A stretch of 64,000 nucleotides of DNA. Source: the human T2T-CHM13v2.0 reference genome, Homo sapiens. Of the stretch, positions 48,481 to 60,715 are shown one piece after another. Under the pieces are notes generated by a model that saw nothing but the letters and a program-made list of their open reading frames with translations, was not told the origin of the DNA and searched no databases. Made by a program: the position numbers and the translations under genes. The stretch lies in the NCBI RefSeq assembly GCF_009914755.1, contig NC_060932.1; one strand, written 5' to 3'. The number at the start of each line of letters is the position of its first letter. Position 1 is the first letter of the stretch.

Positions 48481-48749
48481 GTCACTCAGACTGTAGGGAC
48501 CCCTCTAATTTCTCTTTAAGTTTTAGAGAGACTTTCTGTTACTTATTTGACACTTAGAATATATCTCCTTTTGTGGGTTAGCCTTTGTATCTATGTGATT
48601 GTAACTTATTGAGGACATGCACCATTTCTTATGCTCCCATTGACCTCTGCTTCACTTGGTACAGACCTCTTAGTCCGGGCTTCATTCACAGACAGTTGCT
48701 GAGTGCTCTTCCGTGCTGTGCCTGGGGCTCTAGCCACACAGATAGATGA

Positions 48750-48990
48750 CGGTGATAAGATTTACTGGTGCCTACTATGTGCCAGAGACCATTCTAAGCA
48801 CTGTCATGAATTCCACATTTGATCTTCACACTTTGAGGGAAGGTATTTTATTATCCCTCTTTTACAGATGAGGAAACAAAGGCACAAAGAAGTTCACTAA
48901 CTTGCCCAAGGTCACATAGGTAGTTAAGTGGCAGAACCAGGACTCAAACCCAGACATTCTCTCTAGGGAACTGCTCTTCATCACTGCCCT
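48750..48990 (-). mobile_element. MIR SINE
   Basis: Core ttttacagatgaggaaac...cttgcccaaggtcaca...gcagaaccaggactcaaaccca. Confidence 0.8.
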
Positions 48991-51900
48991 CCAAGGATCT
49001 CTGAGTTCAGATGGCAATTAGACATGCAAACTAATTATGTTAATATGTGATAAATACTGTAAAAGATTGTGTGCATAAGGCTAAAGGATACTTAGAGCAA
49101 CAGACATGCTGGGGGTTGGTGAAGGCTCCTTGGTGATATGTGAGCAGGATTTTTAAGGGTTGCAGTGAACCGCTGGCTTTCCCCCAGCCCCCCAGGCCCC
49201 AGCTAAAAACCTGGAGGCTGCTTCCTGTCCTCCATCACTCTTCGAATCAGCCAGTCACTAAGATCTGTTAATTTGACAATGCAGCTCAACTCCATCTCCT
49301 CTCCATTCCCACTGCCTCTGCGGCTGTCAGGACACCCATTTTCTTGCCATTCTGCCCTCCAAATCCATTCTCCATGCTGCTGTCAAAATGATCTTCCAAA
49401 ATTCAGAACTCAATCTCTTTCCCCTGCTAAGAATCATTCTCTCTGGCTGGGGGCTTGAGAGGGCACAATAACACAATCTTTTTCCCCACCTGAGTTAAAA
49501 AATAAGTAAGAGATAAGCAAGATAGAGGAAAGTTATGGGGATCAGAGTAGCATCTTCATTAGTGAGAATTCACCTTTTTCAGGAAATGCCGGCTTCCTTA
49601 GTCACCATTCAAGGTGTGACTTCTCCCCAGGGAAGGAGTGAGGGGTGGAGGGAAGCAGTGAAGCTTCCTCCACACAAGAAGAAACTTCAAGAAGGAAGAA
49701 GGCTCCCCACCACGAAACCTCCCAGATGAATTATGAAATCTGCTCGTGTGTTCAGGACCTTCATAGTGGGAGCATTCCATCACATCTGCCCACGTGTACT
49801 CTATTCTCAGGCTGCACTTGTCTGCTGGTAGTTACCTAAACAAGTCATCCTTCCAGACTTCTTTTGCCCTTCCCACGCTGTTTTCTCTGCCTGATCTGAA
49901 AGACTTTCCCTGCCTTATCTACATGATGAAACTGATACCCCAAAACCAACTTAAACATATGACCCCCATGAAATATGCTCTGACCTCCAAGGCAAGTAGA
50001 TAGCTCCCTCCTTGGGACCAGTAGTGCTTTGTACGTAACTCTCAGTTCTAACCCCAGTGCAGTGGAATTTGTTTTTTTTCTATCTGTCTCCTCCACACTG
50101 CACTCCTTGCTCAGAGAGAATAAGTTGAAGTCATCTTTTGGCCCCACTGTCTCAAGCACCGTGCCTGGTGCATAGGAAGCACTCGGCAGCTTCGTGGAGA
50201 ATAAAGGAGTGAGTTCAAGAGACAAAAACTTGCGACATGCAGGTGGCTGGGGGGCAAACATACAAAGACAGGAAGCTGTGAGAGTGCCCAGTGGCTCAGG
50301 AAGGTGGTGACCTGTTTGAGGAGTGACAGTGAAGAGTTGGATGAAGAGTAGGACAGGGTCCCCTGCTTAGGAAGGGCTTTGTGCGGCTGTAGTTGCAGCC
50401 CCAGCAGTTTTCAAGCGGGGAAACAATGTGGTCTGATCTGTGTCTCATGGGGAAACACCATGGAGGCTGGGAGAGTCTAGAGGGAAGATGGGTTGGGGGG
50501 AAGAAGTACAGTCAGAGGTGCTGCCAGGCCTAGTTGACAAGTAACTGAAGCTGAACCAAGGCAGAGGCATTGAAGATGCAGAGGAAGGGCTGGATCTGAG
50601 AGTTGTTTAAGGAATGTGCTCAACAGGATGCCATTCCTCTTGTGGTAGCTGGGAGGGGACTTGAGTGCCACTCCAAAGGTTCTAACTGGTGCCACTGGGT
50701 GGCCACCAGTGCTAGCGACAGATTGGGGGATATAGGAGAAGCCCATTGAAAGGAGGAGGTGAATTTGGTTCAGGGGATTTGGGTTTGAGGAACCTTTAGA
50801 ATTTACAGGTGGAAGTGTCCTGTTTTATGGGAAATTCTAATCTGTCAATAACACTGGAAGGATTTGGTCGTTGGTGGAAATAAAATACTTGGGAGGAGCC
50901 CATGTGGAGGGTGCAGTTGGAGTCCTGGGATTAGGTTAAGAGCTCAGGGAACATGCCTCTGGGAGAGGAGCTGACTGAGGCTGGGATTCCTTAATAAGAG
51001 GTCAGGCCGGGGACGATGAGCAGGATTTTGAAGACAGGCAGAATCTCTGATTAGACTTACAGGATGAGACATGAGAGAGGGACGTCGCCCGAAAAGAGGC
51101 CCTGAGACAGGATGATTAGGGGTCTCCACTGCCTCCCTTTAAAGAAGAACAGAAACAAGGTCCTGGCACTTTTTAAAATATTCCTGACCTTTATTATAAA
51201 GAGCAAGATTGATCGCAGACTCAGGAGTAGAGGCGAACATTATTCAATAAGAGAGCTTCAAGTTACACCATGCCTTCTGCCCCACTCAGAAAAGCAAAGC
51301 CCCTAATTACTCCCCTGGCCTGGTAAGAGAGCGCACACGGAGCTTGAGATTAATGCAGAAGCAAAGATCCCGGGTGCTGGTTAATAAGCTTTTCCAGGAG
51401 CGTGGTTGTCTGCTCGGCCGTCATTAATTTGAATGCTCATTACCATAATGTAGAAGCCAAGCTGGGGTCCTGCGCCCTCGTTGCCGCCAGCCCCGTGGTC
51501 CTGGACAGCCTGGCTCTCATCCCACGTAGTTTCTTCTCGCCCCCCCGCCCTTTCTTTAAACGAAGTGTGCAATTGCTATTTTAAATCTGAGCCTTGACAT
51601 TTTCAGTGGGTACGTGCCTAGATTTCCACAGGTGTGATTGCAAACCTGTAAATTACCGGCTTCCGTTTGCTGGGACAAGTGTAAAATGGGCCTCTTTGTA
51701 CGCAGGTGAAGTAGATTTGGCAATCACAACAGACCCTTTGTGTGACGATTGTGATGATAAGCACCTGTCGTTCTCCACTTGCCTGCTGTTTGCCGCTGGA
51801 GGGAGCGGCAGCTGCCACTGCCTGTCATATTGGGCCTGGGGCTGGGGAAGGGAAGAGCCCCGCGTGCCTGCCCTCTGGTGGTCAGAGTTTGCAATGACAG

Positions 51901-53916
51901 TCTAGTTGAGGGACCCGCCTCCCCACAGCCCTCTCGTTTGGGGAGGTGGAACCTAACCCCCCCAGTCCGCTGTGTGAAACCCAGAATGTTCTGTTTTGCT
52001 CTTTGTAAGGGGCCTAACGCATACACAGGCTTACACTCTGCAAATCATTTCTAGTCCTTCCCACTCTTTCCATGCCATGAAAATGGCACACTTAACGTTG
52101 GTATATCTAAGAAATCTGGGCAAGCATTAGAGTATGTTAAAGGTTGGAAGTCATTTTCACTTTGTAGTTTTAATGTATTCATTCGTGGCCTAATTTTTTG
52201 ATGGATATGAGCTTTTTAATAAATCCCTAACCTGTAGGTATATGCCAGTTTGCACGTGGGTTTAGTAGGAAATGAACCAGTGGCGCTGCTTGTGCTTCTC
52301 ACTCTCTCTCCACGCTGCCACTGTTCCTGCTTCCACGTAACTGGCACGGAAGAGGACAGCTAGCCAGAGTGTTGCTCTCCTTTCTTTTTTGGAACTAAGA
52401 TGGCACTGTGTATCCAGCAGCTGCCAGGAAATGTCGCTGATAAAGGAACTGGGCCAAAGCTCGACTGCAAGCTGCCATGATGAGAATTCACAGCCCCTGC
52501 CTTCCCGCCCTACCACCAGACTGTGGCTGTGCAGAGGAGAAGCTGCTGCTGTTCACTGTTCCCATGATGCTTTTCGTTCTCAGGGATGGATACATGGATG
52601 GAGAAATAAAGCTATATAGACATAAAGCCAATATTTGTATCAGTAGCCATCCCTTAAACCCAGATCCGGGGGTTTCAAGAGATCTGAGTTCCGGCTCCAA
52701 TGTTCACCTCTCTGAGCTTTCATTCTTCTTCTGGAAAATGAGGGGCAATGAAATTAATGGTCTCTGAGGTGACCTTTTGGATCTAAAGTTATGATTCTTA
52801 GAACTAAAATTATTTCCTTGAGAAGGTCCCTCCATGCTCTCACAGCTGTCCCCACAGTTGGTGCAAGATGAGAGGGGTCCAGGAAAATGACAGGTGCCCA
52901 GGTGTCCACAGGAAATGCAGGGGGAGAGATGGAGGCTCAACAGCCAGGATGGCTTGATGTGAATGGGTTTCTAGAGTGAGGAATTTGGAAGGAGCTGGCA
53001 GTTGCCTTGTTTTGTTCTGGTTGCTTTGCTTGCAGTGGGGAAGGTGTGGCCGGGGAGATTCATGGCCCTGCTCTACCGCTCACCCTCCCTCCCTCCTGCC
53101 TTTGGTATGCAGTCCAGGCAGCTGGAGACTTTTCCTAAGCTTTGATTTTTTGACATGTTTTGAAACTTTGGATTCTTGTCTGTGCTTTTCTTTCCTTAAA
53201 TTAGGGTATAATTTAGGGTGTGGGGGCAGGCCCAGTGAGTGGGGCAAGTGTGGAGTAGAGGTTGTCCCTGCCTCTGGGCACCCACAGGCCACACCCTCCT
53301 CATTCCACTCAGGGCCTTAAGAGCATCTTTATTTTCTCTTTGTTTTCCTATCCATATAACCAAGAAAAACAAAGCAATAAAAACTGGGGTCCACTCAAAA
53401 GCCTGGAAAAGCAAGGGCAGCCCTGTCCAGCTAAGCTCCCCACCCTCTACCCTGGGAGTGTTTGTCCGTGGGCCCTCAGGTGCCGCTGTGACCTCTTCCC
53501 CCTAGAAGCTGACACACTGAGTCCTCTTAGCGCTCTCCTGTGATGGGGAAGCCGGGAGAGAATGGACCCTGAAAATCAGAACTAGAACATAGAATCCTCT
53601 CTATCTTCTTCAACAGAACCCGCAAAGCTATCAAGAAAATGCATCCCACCATATTGCACATCTGAAAATTGTCTTTCTTGCTTTCTGATAGTAGAGTCAC
53701 AGGTAGTAACTGTGGTCTCATCATAACCTTTGTTGTCAGAAGCTTTGGGTGTGCACCCTCCCCTTGAGGTCTGATCTCTGCCACGTCCAGCCGTTTTGTA
53801 ACCGGCGTCCAGACGGCAGAAATGCATTGAACGGTCCTGCATTGATTCCCACTGAAACCCTGAAGTTCTGGGAAATTGAACTTTTTTGTGCAGCATCATT
53901 TGTTTTTCTCTTCCAG

Positions 53917-53985
53917 GCTTTCACCACTTTCCTCTGTCTGTACGGCATGATTTGGTATGCAGAACACTATGGTCACCGAGAAAAG
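53917..53985 (+). CDS. PTDSS1: PTDSS1 exon 11 (69 nt; [23 protein letters not shown])
   Basis: ctcttccag|GCTTTC...GAAAAG|gtatgg; phase 0-0. Confidence 0.97.
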
Positions 53986-54729
53986 GTATGGAAGGAGAGG
54001 CAGGCATGGCCATTGTTTAAAATAATCACCCCGGGCTCGGCAAATTCGCTCAGAGCATGTGCCTGTAAGGATATGGCGAGGTAAACACTGAGGTTGGGGC
54101 CTCCAGTCCTGCCACTGCAGAAACCGCATGTCACAACTCATTCCCTAGCCATTGCTGGCCCTGCTTGTGACGGCTCTGTTCAGTAGACCAATATTTTTGT
54201 CTAACTTTTGTTAGATAAAAAAAGTTATGTTTGTTTGGAGAAAAAAAGAAAAGTGATGGGAAAGCTGTGGACTGGCTTTTGGAAGCTGGGTTTTCTCCCC
54301 AGCTCTTGAACTGTGTGGAGGCCTCTTCCTGTGTTCCGGCCTGTGGCTCTTCTGGGCAAACGCTTGCCCTGACCTTCATTTAGTAGATATGAGGATACCA
54401 TAGAAAATAGACATGAATGGCTTTAAGACACGATGGCCGTCTGGTAGACGGTAATATTTTTTTCGGTAAAAATAACACTTTCATCCTTTATTTACACCTT
54501 CAGTCTAAAGAACTTAAGGCATGTTGTGGAAGATTGATTCTGCATCACCTGTGAGAGGAAAGAACCTTGTTTTTATAGCAGAGAAATATAAGCACAGGGA
54601 GGTTCTGTCACTTGCCAGTGATGATCCCAGCCTGGGAGAGGCAGGGATGCAGCATGCTCGCCTTTTTGCCCTGCCACTTCTCCCAGGGAGTTCCTAAAAT
54701 TCCTGCACTAAGCCTGTCTCTCTCCCTAG

Positions 54730-54799
54730 ACCTACTCGGAGTGTGAAGATGGCACCTACAGTCCAGAGATCTCCTGGCATCACAGGAAAGGGACAAAAG
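54730..54799 (+). CDS. PTDSS1: PTDSS1 exon 12 (70 nt; TYSECEDGTYSPEISWHHRKGTK)
   Basis: ctccctag|ACCTAC...AAAAG|gtatct; frame consistent. Confidence 0.96.
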
Positions 54800-54930
54800 G
54801 TATCTTGTTCGTTGTTTAAAATTTTACTGGGTCCTTGAGATGTGGAATTATTACCTATTCTTTGAGTGGAGATGATATAAGCCTTGAAGGGTCTCAGGCC
54901 TACCCATTGAATGTCTCCTGTCACTTATTA

Positions 54931-55300
<370 letters not shown>

Positions 55301-55467
55301 AGAAACATGCAAAATGCTCACAGGATCTGAGTGAAAGACTTGGTTTGTAAGAAGAGGCTCCATGTAGCTCTGCCCTTCGTGAGGGCCCCACACCATTTCA
55401 AGCACCCTGATGGGAACGTTCTTCCTCTTGGCTTCCATCATGAGTGAACAGGAAGAACTGTATATCC

Positions 55468-55741
55468 GGCCAGGCACAGTGGCTCACGCCTGTAACCCCA
55501 GCGCTTTGGGATGCCATGGCAGGATCATTTGAGGCCAGGTATTTGAGACCAGCATGGGCAACAGAGCAAGACCCTGTCTCTACAAAAATCTTAAAAAATT
55601 AGCCAGATGTGGTGGCACATGCCTGTAGTTACAGCTAGTCAGGAGTCAGAGATAGGAGGGTCACTTGAGCCCAGGATCACTCCCATGTGGAAGACAGAAC
55701 AAGTCCCTGCCTCTTAAAAAAAAAAAAAAAAAAAAAAAAAA
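55468..55741 (+). mobile_element. Degenerate Alu (J-like) with right-arm deletion
   Basis: Sense Alu with long A tail; TSD-like actgtatatc/actgtgtatc. Confidence 0.85.
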
Positions 55742-57022
55742 GGTACTGTGTATCAGGAGGAAAAGCCTTTCAAAAGAGGGGGATCATTTTAATGGCATTT
55801 ATTCAAGAGGCAGGGCAGTGTAAGAGATTTTGGTCGTGTAGTTAGGGAACCTCCACTGGCCTCTAAGGATCACTTTGGGAATATTTGGGGCCACCTGGTT
55901 ATTTCAAAGAATTAGACTTGTAGAATAATGACATTGAGGTGATTTCATTGGACAGTAATTCCTCGTCAATCCTTATAAGCTACTTGGGAAGCTTGGCTGA
56001 AGAAAGAAAATTAGAAATACTAAAGACTGAATTTTAGCTCACAAAATTGCTCAGAGAAACGGTGGGCCAATGGAGAAGAAAGCGCCCTGTTGCAGTCATT
56101 CTCCTAAGTTCTTTTGGCATCAGGCTCATTAAAGATCTCCCAGGGGAGACACTAACATACACTCTGCTGAGCTGCTGGCCGCCCTTTTGGGGAAAGTTTC
56201 TCCTGAACCACGGAATTGATCAGTGAGCGGCCCGTTGTGAAATCTGATAGAGATGGACAGAGGGGCTCCCCAGCTATCTTATTTAGAACCATGCCCTTAC
56301 AAACAACCTTGGCACTTACAGGTTCTCCACTGAAGAGAATTAAGCAGTAGTAGAGATGTATTTACTTGATGGAATAATAAAAAAAGAAAAATAACAAAAA
56401 CAGAAGTCTTCTGAGTGGGGAAAGAATCTCTTAGTCTAAGTCAAATGCTCCTTACAGTGGAGACTGTAACTCTGGTAACTTTTTTTTTGTTGGCAGCCTC
56501 AGGTGGAGATTTCCTATGGGGCTGGATCAGAGCCCTGGGGCAGAGAACCCTTTGGCTTGGCCGCTAGGCCAGGCAGGGGCTGAACAAAGGCTCAGCTGGA
56601 GGGCAGAGGCTGCCCAGTGCCCTCCATCGTGGGCAGCAGGGGCCTGAATTGTAAAGATGTTCTCCAGATCAAATGTAGAGGGTGTGAAATAGCTCTGATT
56701 TTATAGTGTCAAGAGTCTTTCCTGATGTCGGGTTTAGAAGGTGGTGTGGAGCAGGTGAAGGGATGGAAACCCTTGGTTGCAGGGCAGGATGGGCACCGCG
56801 TGGTGTGTGTTTTAATTGCCCCTCGTTTGGGCTTCCGTTTCACTTGTGCTCTCACTTCTGGTCCTCACCATCATGACCATGTCCATCATACACAGGACAG
56901 ATGTACACACGCTTCAGGAACCACCCAGACTTTGGGGCGCTATTGCGTTGAACCCCGCGCCACCGCGTGTGCTCCTTCAGTACTAGTTCTGTGTTTGAGA
57001 GCCTCGCCTTCATTTATGAATG

Positions 57023-57041
57023 AGGCCACTAGGGGGAGTGC
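57023..57041 (+). promoter_or_regulatory. Candidate CTCF site
   Basis: AGGCCACTAGGGGGAGTGC resembles consensus TGGCCACYAGGGGGCGC; motif match only. Confidence 0.4.
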
Positions 57042-57137
57042 ACGTATCAGGGAAGAACCTGTTCCCCGGCAAGCCTAGGGCGGTCTGGAAAGGGACAGTC
57101 ACCAATCTCCAGAGCCCAGGGTGACGGTGTGCTCTGA

Positions 57138-57260
<123 letters not shown>

Positions 57261-58240
57261 AAAACCCTGGTTAATCAAAGATGTTCCAGAGTGCCTAGAA
57301 CTGAGAGGGAAATGGAACTCATTTGGAACTCCCCGTGAGGAGGTCGAGGCGCACAGGGCAAGCAGGAAGAGGCGAGGGCACTTGGGGGTCATTATTTGAG
57401 ATCGTAAGTCTTGTTTCCCACAGACCTGGCCGCGTCAGGCAGATCATCGCCTGGGGGGCCTTTGCCAACGTGGGGTCTCTTCTAACTTCAGCACTTGACA
57501 TGCGGTCACCGGTGGCAGCGCGGTGTGTTGAAGGGAAACGGTAGCTATTCATTCACAGTTGCCAAGAGCAGCTCCGCGCCTGCTGGATCGTGGATGCAGC
57601 GTAAACATCTTCCTTCAGACGAGGCATTAACCCCATGGTTAATGGACTGGTCACCAGTTTTTATTTTATTTTTATGAATCTACCTTTCCATTGATTGATT
57701 TAAGTTCAGGCCACTTTTCTGTCTTTTATTTGGTTACTGTTGTTATTTGTTTTTAAGTTAGGATGCTTTTTAACAGCCTTTAGAAGCCGCTGCTGAAATT
57801 GATACTGGGGGAAGGGTTCCCCTTCCTTCTAGAGCAGAAAAGGGAGAGAGGTGTTGTATTCCTGTTTGGTAACCTCAGTCTCCTGTAAGACCTCCTACCA
57901 CATGGCGAGTATACACCAATCAGGAGAGGGTAGCTGCCTGCATAGGAGCCTCGCTTCCGATTATTCCCTTCCCAATATTATTCATCCAGACTTAGCCACA
58001 GTGCACAAAAGCAAACCTGCTAGAGAGGCAGTGAACACCACAGCTTCTCCCCAGCTAGGTGCCTTTTACATCGGGTTTGTTCTCCTTCCATGGTGTGTTG
58101 CTGACATTGTCACTGAGTCCCATGTGAGGTGCTGGTGAGTATTACCTTTCATCTGTGCCATGCTCTAGAACCTTGACCTTGATAGTTCACCACCTCTGAT
58201 GGATCCCTGTTTTAAATAAAAACGATTCACTTTAAAGCCT
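57261..58240 (+). other. PTDSS1: PTDSS1 3' UTR up to the proximal poly(A) site; longer isoforms may extend further
   Basis: Repeat-free sequence after the stop codon up to AATAAA at 58215-58220. End coordinate approximate. Confidence 0.75.
58215..58220 (+). terminator. Polyadenylation signal AATAAA (proximal)
   Basis: First canonical hexamer I found after the stop codon, followed by GT/T-rich sequence (gtctgtctgt...ttttctt) about 30-55 nt downstream. Confidence 0.75.
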
Positions 58241-60364
58241 ATCAAAGGTCTGTCTGTAAAATGCTCATTTTCTTGCATCTTACTGGTATCTTCTATTGAT
58301 TGTAAGCAGTCTGTGTTTTTCAAGTGACTTTAGGATAATATATATGTGTTTTACATAGTGAGAAGAAAAAAGAAAAGATGTGTATTTTAAAGGGCTTACA
58401 GACATATATGTCCTACTTCTTAGACTACCCAAGTGACCAACAGGAATGAACAACATAGTCATTGTTTTTTCCTGTGGTAATGGTTTCCAAGTTGGACTTT
58501 TTTTTCCTCTAACAAGAGGCCAGTACCCAGTTGATTAGCTTACAGATATCAACTCACTGAAAGTAATCTTTTGTTCCCTCATTTCACACAGCACAAAGGT
58601 TCGTTCCGATGTTTCTTCTTCTTTAAGGAAATCTTTAGCCATAGAAGTGTCACTTTTTTTTTTTCTGCAAAAGAATTCCAAGATGAACGGGTTGAATGAA
58701 TCATGCCAGCCAGGGTCACATCCTGTCCTCAGGGGGCCCAGTGCTCAATAGTAGATTCTGCGGGAGTGGAGAAGCGTCAGTGGCAGCTCCGCTCACTTGG
58801 TGAGTGAGGGATTTGGCTGTGATGAGCCTCAGCTCCGAGCTCTCAAATGTCCTCCAGCCAGCATCTGCCTGCTTCCCACAAAAGGATAGAAGAGAGGCAA
58901 AGTGCGTGTTTCATAAAACCTGCCTGCACTTTTATAACCCATCAAAGAGGCCATTTTTAAACACAGGTACAATTTAAACATGATCTTTCTTTGCAAATAA
59001 ATATGTTTTGTTTCATCCTGTGTTCTGCTTTTCTAAGCATGACATACTTGTGCCCATTGGAGAAGACACCTGTCTCTTCTTTCTCACACCGGTGGTGCCT
59101 CACTGAGTGTTTCCGGGTTCATTTTCCGGGAGCACTGGGCCTGACACTTTCACACTCTTCTGACTTTCGCCTTGTTGCAACTGATGGAGCATGTGTGCTT
59201 CCTCTGAGGCCAGCCTACAGGAGGCAGCTGTTTCGCAGGTGGTGAATTCGACTTTACTGTGGCATTGTGAAGAGCAGGGTGCACAGGAGATGATTTTTTC
59301 TCCATGGCTTTGTAAGAAACAGCCAGGAAAGTTCTCAGATACTTTCCATGCCCTTTCTTTGAGTTGAAACTTTCTATTTCCCTTCAGTCAGAGCTCTTTA
59401 CTATAGTAGTTACAAAACCAGTGCTTTCCATGGCTGGCCAGAACCACAGCTGCTATTCCTTTTAGAAGCCATACTGCTGGGTTTGGCCTACTTTTTTCAC
59501 CGTTTCTATGGAAATAAACCTCACATTGATGGAAATAGAATGCGTGTTTCAGAATCATCATTCAATATCTGAAATGATTTGATTGTAAATTATCTCATGG
59601 TCCCTGTTTGCAAACCACCCTCTTAAGAGAGAACATTGTTTTGGACCTAAAGCTTGAAGAACGGTTTATGTATTTTTCTCCTTAAGTAGCATTGCATTGA
59701 GTGTTAGGTTCTTTTCCCTTTTTTTCATTCTTGGTCTTCCCAAAGCTTCTTCCCACATTTCGTTTGTGTCTGTTTCCACCATTCATAGAAACCTTGGAAC
59801 CACTCTCACAGCAATGCTAGGATGTTTCATGGACCTGTTAAGCATTTTGATGATACAAGACATCCTATCAATGCCAGTCTTATTTTCGCTAGGACTCTGC
59901 TTCCACAGTAAGCTCCTAAGGTGCTCACCCAACCCAGGAGAAAACAAAATTCATTACCAAATACAACAGGTTCAGCCTTCTTGGTCTTCCCTCAGAAGCC
60001 ACCGTGTAGCACCCTGGAATGATGCCTCTTTATGCCAAGGCCCACCCTTTGGAATTGGGAGGGTTTTGGGTAGAATCCTGCACTTACAGAGGCCCTTGGG
60101 GTCATTGAGAAGTGGAGGAGGTTGGACACAGAAGGGGAGGCTAAACACAAGGTGGGGAAGAAAAAATGTAACCATTGGCAGCCAGACTGAAGCTAGCCCT
60201 TTAAAATACGGGGTTGGGGGGTTAACATCCGCTCTTTGGAATGTGCTCAGTGACTGCTGCAGAGTTCCTGGGCCACCCTAATGTTTACCAGGTGGGCGTT
60301 GTTTATATGGTTCTTATTGTTATGACAACTAGAAATCCCACAGTAGACTAGACAGTGCTCCCTA

Positions 60365-60715
<351 letters not shown>

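Noticed and set aside
53749-54084. Extended ORFs around exons (also 10650, 23330, 27701) as larger exons or separate genes
   Set aside because: Similarity to PSS1 stops at canonical splice sites; the flanks are stop-free intron by chance.
59697-60281. Longest ORF in the window (194 aa)
   Set aside because: Non-ATG start, no recognisable domain, located in the distal UTR or flank; compatible with chance.
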